DNA from: an uncultured bacterium
GTDB taxonomy: Bacteria; Acidobacteriota; HRBIN11; JAKEFK01
Length of the DNA stretch: 64,000 nt
Reading direction: 5' to 3'
NCBI GenBank assembly: GCA_963777505.1
Contig: CAVZQN010000007.1
Span: forward strand, 32,001-96,000
Shown piece after piece: positions 57,254 to 64,000 of this stretch. Under the pieces are notes generated by a model that searched no databases, was not told the DNA's origin, and saw only the letters and a program-made list of their open reading frames with translations. The stretch's first letter is position 1, and each line of letters starts with the position of its first letter. Made by a program: the position numbers and the translations under genes.

Positions 57254-60200
57254 ATGTCATCCGAAAATTGGAATCGGATTAATGAGCTGTTTTACGCAGC
57301 TTTGGAGCATGCTCCGGAGCTGCGTGATTCATTCTTAAAAGATGCATGCGGAACAGATTCAACACTTCAGCAAGAAGTAGAATCGCTGCTTGCTGCGTAT
57401 ACTGACTCAGAAAACTTCATTCAATCCCCTGCCAGTAAAAATGCTCTTGAGTTTTTGCAACATCAGGATGTACAGCTAGCTACCGGCGATCGGGTTGGCG
57501 CATATAATATCGTTCGCGAAATTGGACGCGGTGGAATGGGTGCCGTTTATCTTGGAACACGCGCCGATGAACGATTCCAAAAATCAGTTGCAATCAAACT
57601 CATAAAGCGCGGAAGAGACACGGATGATGTCTTAAGGCACTTCCGTAATGAGCAACAAATTCTTGCAAACTTTGATCATCCAAACATTGCCCGTTTAATT
57701 GATGCAGGCAGTACCGAAAACGGCCTTCCGTATTTCATTATGGAACACGTTGAAGGTCAGCCGATCGATCAATTTTGCGATGGGCGATCGCTTTCAATAT
57801 CACGCAGCGTTTAGAGTTATTTCAGCAAGTGTGTGCAGCGGTATCCTATGCGCACCGCAATCTCGTTGTTCATCGGGACATCAAGCCATCCAATATCCTG
57901 GTATCGAATTCAGCTGGCGTGCCAAAATTACTCGATTTTGGTATCGCCAAAATCCTGCAGTCCGAAACAGGCGAGCGATCCACCGCAACCGGCATCCATT
58001 TTATGACGCCCGAATATGCGAGTCCCGAGCAAGCGCAAGGACTGGCGGTAACAACTCTGAGTGATGTCTATTCATTGGGCGTTTTGTTGTACGAACTTTT
58101 AACCGGTCACTCACCTTACCCTTTGGAAAATCGTTCGGCGTTAGAGGTTATGCGGACGATTACGGAGATACCCAGCCACAATTGCCTAGCGCGAATCATC
58201 AATTCAATTTCTAATCCTGAGTCTGTCAGTAAGACTCGCGAAGGCAGTCCGGAAAAGTTGCGCAGGCGATTGCGTGGAGATTTGGACACTATTGTTTTGA
58301 TGGCGATGCGGAAAGAACCTCAACGGCGTTATCAATCCGTTGATCAACTTTCAGAAGACATTCGGCGACACTTGCAAGGGCTTCCAATCACAGCACGCAA
58401 AGATACTTTTGCATATCGCACTACACGATTTGTGCTGAGAAACAGAATCACCGTTGCGATTACCATACTTTCGCTTTTAACAATTGCTTTGTTTGGTGCA
58501 ATCATGCAATGGAGATCGAATAAGCAAGCCAAGTTATTTCAGGAATTCGGACAGGAGGTCACGCGAATCGAAGCATCTATGCGATATGCGTACCTGCTGC
58601 CTTTACATAACATTCAACCCGATAAAGAGAAAGTCGTTGACCGGTTGGACTACATGAAAAAGAGAATGCAAGAAATGGGAAGTGTTGCATACGGAGCTGG
58701 TTATTATTCGCTGGGAAGAGGCTATCTCTCACTTCATCGATTTCAAGATGCGTATGACAATCTGATTCTGGCCTGGCAAAAGTATCAGTATCAAGAGCCG
58801 GCTGCTGCAAATGCACTGGGGCTGTCACTTGCAATGCTTTATCAGGAAAAGCTTCGTGAAGTAGAACAGTTACGTGATAAGGAACAATTGAATAAGCAAA
58901 AAGCAGAACTCGAAAAACGGTATGGGGTACCTGCACAACAATACATTCAAAAGGGAGCAAATTCGTCTGAAGCTCCTGAATATGTACAAGCACTATTGTC
59001 GTTTCTGGCAAAACAATATCCCGAGGCTTTAAACAAAGCGCAAACAGCTGAGCAAGAAATTTCATGGCATTACGAATCAAAAACACTTCAAGGTGACATT
59101 TTTTCTGCTATGGCAAATGAACAATACCGTGTAGGAAATATTTCTGAAGCTTCCGAACTATATGAAAAAGCAAAGGCTGCATATCTTGAAGCGGCAAAGA
59201 AAGGGCAAAGCGATCCACAGATCTATGAGGCGTTATGTTATGTTCAATCCCAGATTCAAGAAATACAAATAGATCACAAAAGAAAATCATCAGAAGAAGG
59301 TGTTGACGAAGCAATCAACTATTGCAAGAGCGCACTACAGATTGATTCAAAAAACATCAACGCAAATTTAATTGCGTCAAGAGTCTATAAAAATTGGGCT
59401 TATTATCAGTCCGATCATGGTAATGATCCATCCATCCCGGCGGAAAAGTCTGCCAACTTCGCACATGCAGCGCTAAAGATCGATTCAGAAAATGCGTTCG
59501 CGCATATTGCACTCGGTGAGGCATATTCAACACGTTCCAATTGGGAACTCATTCGCGGGCGAGATCCGATTCCATTTCTGGACCGTGCTGATGTCAGTTT
59601 TACAAAAGCAGCACAAAAACTGCCGGACGATTATCAGTTGTTGTTTCTTCTTGCCAACAATTCTATAAAGCGGGCACAAGATAATATTGTTAACGGGAAG
59701 GATCCGCGCCCGGCGCTCGAAAAATCGATCGAATTTACCGGAAAGGCAATCCCGCTCAATCCGCCGCACATTTTTAGGTATTTCACCATGCTCGGCCACG
59801 CATATCATGTGAAGGGGCAATATGAATTTGACATCGGGTTAGATCCACGAGACTCATTTAACAAATCGATTGAACTATCAAAGCAAAGCATTACAGCGAA
59901 TCCCAACTATTTCATACCTTATATATGGTGTGGACACTCCTATTTGGGACTCGCATTTCATCATATTCAAACAGGAAAGGATCCAAATGCGGCATTGGAT
60001 GAAGCACTCAAGTTTTACAAAAGCACTATTACCATGGACCCTGAGAATTCTTATGCATATCTCGGGATTGGTCTTGTGCACTCAAGGAAAGCCGAGGTTT
60101 TGCTGAAAGAGGGAAAGGATGTAACTCACATCATCAAAATGTGGCGCGAAGCGTTTGGGAAAACGTTGCAATTGGATAATTCGTACACCGCCTTTTATTA

Positions 60201-60648
60201 CTATTTTGCAGAAGCCGAACTCATTGCAGCACGAGATGCTGTATTTCGACGTAAGCAACCAGAGCCATTCTTCAAGGAATTGGAACGAATTGTGCGGGAA
60301 TGCCTTTCAATCAATCCACAATCGGCGGAATGTTTGGAATCATCAGCGGCATTCCATTGGTTGCGCACTGAGTATTCTGCTTCTTTAGGGAAATCAACTG
60401 AAAGCGAAATCCGTATCAGCATGAAAGCTGCCGATGACTCTTTGAAAGTGACCCCCAACAATGGTTTAGTACTCGCCTATCGCGGAAAATTACTTTTGAT
60501 CCGGGCCCAATCTTCATCCGGGGCAGAAAGAAAAAAAGCTGCACAAGAAGCGCAGGCCTCATTTGATAAAGCATTCAAGGCGAAAACAACTCTCCGCAAG
60601 GAATACGAAAAATATTGGGAAGAGGCAAAACGGCTGAGTCAAGACTAA
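57254..60648 (+). CDS. Membrane Hanks-type Ser/Thr kinase with TPR region (copy 2; net frameshift near 57798, likely artefact)
   Basis: ORFs 57254..57814 and 57775..60648 are colinear with copy 1. Confidence 0.88.
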
Positions 60649-60655
60649 GCTGGCA

Positions 60656-60679
60656 GGCGGGTCTTAGACCCGCCCCTAC
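60656..60679 (-). repeat. GTAGGGGCG-type REP-like element
   Basis: GGCGGGTCTTAGACCCGCCCCTAC. Confidence 0.75.
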
Positions 60680-60686
60680 AAGGCTA

Positions 60687-61530
60687 TTAATCTTCTTTTG
60701 GGAGGGTCTGATCTAAATGGAAAAGGGACGAATTGTTTTCTTGTTGTGAGAGATTTTCATTCGTCTGAAATTCTTGCCACACTGGCTCTTGTACGATCGC
60801 ATCCATGTTCATGATCTGTTCACGGGCCGGCTGAGCTTCACGTTCCAGTCTCAACTTTTCCTGCTCAATCGATGCAATGGTGGATTGAATTTCGTTATCT
60901 GTACTCTCCAGGTCCGACATGAGTTGATCCGCATTCATCTCATGCTGCACTGCTTTTTTCTCCAACTCAGCTTGAGCCTGTTTTGCCTTAGCTTTGTAAT
61001 CGCCGGATAGTCCAGCAAAAGCTCCCACTAATCCACCTATGATAGGGATAGCAGGTAGACCACCAATGATTCCTAAAATCCCGGCTGAGCCCATTAGTGC
61101 AAGAACTTCCTCTGAAATCGGCTTGTCAGCCTTGATGGAATCCGCTATTTCCTCTTGCGGCCATTTGAGCATTCTTTCCCTCGGTTTTCTGATGCTCGAT
61201 CTGTTTTACAAATTCGAGCCTCTTTTCTTCCAAAGACTTCAACTTGTCATTCAGCTGCGGTAACGTGTTATCGAATTGTGGACTCATTTCGAAAGAACTA
61301 AAAAGAGACGAAGCTTCTACAGTTGTGTCCAGAGTTGTCGGTGGCTGGATCACGTCTGCAGGTTGAGACTGCGGATCAATGAGATACGAATTGTACGTCT
61401 TAGCCGTCTCAAATAAATCGGTATCTTTCGCAACCCCAAAACTGGTCGTGGGTTGAGGTGGAACCTCCGGTTGCGGCTCCTGATTCACTGTCGTAGGAAC
61501 AAAGTTGGATATTCTTCTGATGAAACTCAT
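60687..61530 (-). CDS. About 280-aa coiled-coil protein with central hydrophobic hairpin, translocator/pore-former-like (frameshift near 61160)
   Basis: ORF 61126..61530 (RBS, Pro/Thr/Gln-rich N-terminus, coiled coil) joins ORF 60687..61172 (LMGSAGILGIIGGLPAIPIIGGLVGAFAGL, coiled coil); no signal peptide. Confidence 0.62.
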
Positions 61531-61549
61531 TTGTGCTCCTCCATATCAG

Positions 61550-61575
61550 TAACGCACGGGTCTTGTGTAAATCGC
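61550..61575 (-). promoter_or_regulatory. Copy 3 of shared bipartite promoter-like motif
   Basis: GCGATTT-N11-GTGCGTTA, 19 nt before the ATG at 61530, GGAGGA RBS between. Confidence 0.6.
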
Positions 61576-61609
61576 CCAGAAAAACTTCTTTTCTACCTGG
61601 CAACTAACT

Positions 61610-61634
61610 GGGCGGCCACAAGGGCCGCCCCTAC
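61610..61634 (-). repeat. GTAGGGGCG-type REP-like element
   Basis: GGGCGGCCACAAGGGCCGCCCCTAC, identical core to 33590-33613. Confidence 0.8.
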
Positions 61635-61671
61635 TAGTTCTGCCATGCGCTATAATTTGGATAACGAGAAG

Positions 61672-62256
61672 ATGAAGGAAGAGCAAGATCCGAAAAGCCG
61701 CGAAGATGTTACCAAACTCCTGATCGATTGGGGGAAAGGAGATCGTTCTGCGCTTGATGAAATGCTGCCGCTTGTCTACAGCGAGCTAAAGCGTCTTGCG
61801 TCTTACTATCTCAGTCAGGAGCGCAACGACCACACGTTGCAGACTACCGCATTAGTTCACGAAGCATATATGCGGTTAGTGGATCAACAAAACGTGAATT
61901 GGAAAAATAGGGCGCACTTTCTTGGGGTAGCTGCAGAAATGATGCGCAGGATTCTGGTAAATCATGCACGCGATCGCGCTGCTGCAAAGCGCGGCGGCGG
62001 AGCAAAACGCGTTTCATTAAGCGGCATTGGCGAAGGCGGCGACCAACCCGATATTGATCTGATTGCGCTCGATCAAGCACTCACAGAACTTGCCGTTTTC
62101 GATGCCCGGAAAAGCCGCATCGTGGAACTAAAGTTTTTTGGAGGATTGACCACAGAAGAAACGGCCGAAGTGATGGACATTTCGCACGGTACAGTGGAAA
62201 CCGAATGGAAGATGGCACGCGCCTGGCTCTATCGTGCAATTTCTGGAAATAAATAG
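61672..62256 (+). CDS. ECF sigma factor, TIGR02999 / ECF43-type (kinase-activated)
   Basis: VTKLLIDW..GDRSALDEMLPLVYSELKRLA, HTLQTTALVHEAY, RRILVNHAR, AKRGGG, W.MARAWL. Confidence 0.93.
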   Translation: MKEEQDPKSREDVTKLLIDWGKGDRSALDEMLPLVYSELKRLASYYLSQERNDHTLQTTALVHEAYMRLVDQQNVNWKNRAHFLGVAAEMMRRILVNHARDRAAAKRGGGAKRVSLSGIGEGGDQPDIDLIALDQALTELAVFDARKSRIVELKFFGGLTTEETAEVMDISHGTVETEWKMARAWLYRAISGNK

Positions 62257-62260
62257 CGTC

Positions 62261-63413
62261 TCAGTTTCTTGCCTTCTGAAAAATTTCCTTTAACCTCTTG
62301 ATCGGAATCGCTTCACTCGTATTCCCTTTAAAGCCACGTACAGTTTTTGCTGCAACCAGGGAGTTATAAACGGCCTCTTCCACAGCTTCCACGGTTGCGA
62401 GAAAAAGTGGATCCATATCATCGTTTCGTAGTTCTGTTGTTTGCAAGTTCTACTGGAGAGCTGCCAGCAGTAATCAGATTTTGAGTTGAAAAGGCTATAA
62501 TAAAATCGCCTGAACCATTACTCATGTAGCTTCCGGTTCGTGCAAGCCCCATAATTGCTCGCTTCGCAATCCGCTCAAGATTGCGTGAAGAAACAGGCGC
62601 ATCAGTTGCAATAACAATCATGCATGAGCCATCGCGATTATTTTCTTTGACCTGTTTGCCTACTTCATTTCCGAAATCAAATACTCCAAGAAGTTCACCA
62701 ACACGGATTCCATCGATCATTAAAACTCCGCCAAAATTGGATTGCACCAAAACACCCAGAGTATGTCCACCCAGTGATTCGGGTAAACGTCTTGAAGCTG
62801 TACCAATTCCGCCTTTCCATCCAAAAGCAGAAGTGCCTGTACCTGCACCGACGGCTCCTTCTTCTACACGGCCTGTAGTTGCGGTGTCGATCGCGGCGAA
62901 AATATCTTCTTGAGTAACATGCATTCCACGAATGTCATTCAGGTACGAATCATTCGTTTCGCCAACAACAGCATTTACAGAACGGATGTTTTCGTGGCCG
63001 GGCTGGTTTAAAGTCCATTGCACAACTGATTCCACTGCTCTTCCAACGTTGAGTGTATTTGTAAGAACAATCGGAGTTTCAATATTTCCAAGCTCCTGGA
63101 CTTGCAAAAACCCAGCAGCCTTACCAAAACCATTTCCCGTGTAAACAGCAGCCGGAGTCTTTTGATTGAACAGATCTCCATCATGCGGCAGAATAGCGGT
63201 CACTCCAGTGCGAATGGATTCCCCTTTCCAGATGGTTCGATGTCCAACACGAACACCACTCACATCCGTGATCGCGTTTAAAGGACCTGGCGAAAAGATT
63301 CCAGGCCGTATTCCAAGGTCGCGTATCCTGACTTGCTGCTCAGCATCCGATAAGCTGCTAAACGCGAATAGGTATGCAATAATGCCTAAAATGAACTTAA
63401 GCTTCATCATCAA
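62261..63413 (-). CDS. dmpA: DmpA/peptidase S58 (P1) family aminopeptidase, exported (frameshift near 62445)
   Basis: NAITDVSGVRVGH, VGETNDSYLNDI, GAGTG, KGGIGTASR, NGSGDF; the C-terminus (LFLATVEAVEEAVYNSL) is in the next frame. Confidence 0.88.
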
Positions 63414-63462
63414 TCTCCGATTGTTACTATGAATATAGTATTACGATACTAGCATGCCACCA

Positions 63463-64000
63463 ATGGATCATAAAATTCGTCCTTTTGTTAGTATAGCAAT
63501 ACTCCTGTTTGCGCTGGCTGCAGGCTGTAAATCAAAGAGTACCGAAACTTCACCCAAACGCGTCCTGAATCTTTATATATGGTCCGCCTATCTGTCGCCG
63601 CCAATTCTCGAAAAATTTGAAAAGGCGACTGGTATCGAAACCAGATATGACACATACGACTCAAATGAAGCTTTAATGGAAAAACTCCAGGGCGGAGTCT
63701 CAGAATATGATGTGGTTGTTCCTACCAACGATATTGTAGACACCCTTGTCCATATCAATTTACTTCACAAACTCGACTTCAACCTTTTGCCCAATCGAAA
63801 AAATCTGAGTGAACGATTCAAAAATCCAGCTTTCGATCCAAACAACCAACACTCTCTTCCCTTCGTGTGGGGCACAACTGGCATTGCGTACGATAAAACA
63901 AAGGTCACAGATCCGGTTGATTCCTGGTCGATTCTTTGGAATACAAAATATAAAGGCCGAATTTTAATGCTTGATGATCCTTGGGAATCACTGGGAGTTG
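63463..64000 (+). CDS. potD: Spermidine/putrescine ABC transporter substrate-binding lipoprotein (PotD/PotF), truncated by window edge
   Basis: Manual translation: LAAGC lipobox, LNLYIWSAY..FEKATGI..YDTYDSNE..YDVVVP..WGTTGIAY. Confidence 0.85.
   Translation, partial: MDHKIRPFVSIAILLFALAAGCKSKSTETSPKRVLNLYIWSAYLSPPILEKFEKATGIETRYDTYDSNEALMEKLQGGVSEYDVVVPTNDIVDTLVHINLLHKLDFNLLPNRKNLSERFKNPAFDPNNQHSLPFVWGTTGIAYDKTKVTDPVDSWSILWNTKYKGRILMLDDPWESLGV

Noticed and set aside
57254-57814. Separate truncated kinase gene or programmed frameshift
   Set aside because: It is colinear with copy 1; several clustered 1-3 nt insertions without a slippery site point to consensus error
61453-61671. N-terminal extension of the ECF sigma factor
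   Set aside because: It overlaps the divergent gene, its promoter and a REP; homology starts near the ATG at 61672
962-63432. Numerous short ORFs antisense or out-of-frame to called genes (e.g. 55159..55854, 47517..48269, 27462..27938)
   Set aside because: Shadow ORFs overlapping well-supported genes, with no motifs or RBS
1-64000. Prophage, IS element, rRNA/tRNA (including tRNA-Sec) or core T3SS/T6SS apparatus genes
   Set aside because: No recognisable signatures by eye in this window

Overview
This is 64 kb of AT-leaning DNA from a diderm bacterium. The gene content (TIGR02999-type ECF with Hanks kinases, DUF5916, DUF3179, PQQ propeller) looks Acidobacteriota-like, which is an inference. 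I saw no rRNA, tRNA, CRISPR array, integrase or transposase. Most genes are accessory envelope, regulatory or metabolic functions. About eight genes carry small indels that look like long-read consensus errors. Highlights: (1) A DUF3179 gene is split by an in-frame TGA at the first Cys of its CxxC motif and followed by a SECIS-like hairpin, so it is a probable selenoprotein. (2) The 49.3-62.3 kb locus combines a SycD/LcrH-like TPR chaperone, two signal-peptide-less needle/translocator-like proteins, a peptidoglycan-binding papain-fold effector candidate with an adjacent FGE-domain partner, two tandem membrane Ser/Thr kinases and an ECF43-type sigma factor. (3) A shared bipartite motif G(G/C)(A/G/T)ATTT-N11-GTGCG(T/A)TA precedes both translocator-like genes and a distant lipase-like gene, suggesting a kinase/ECF-controlled type III-like secretion regulon; no core T3SS genes are in the window. 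(4) A sigma54-type promoter precedes a tandem-repeat protein built from the DUF1559 'DGTSNT' motif. (5) A translationally coupled desaturase-GH3-HAD operon lies divergent from a GntR regulator. Several families of REP-like palindromes are present.
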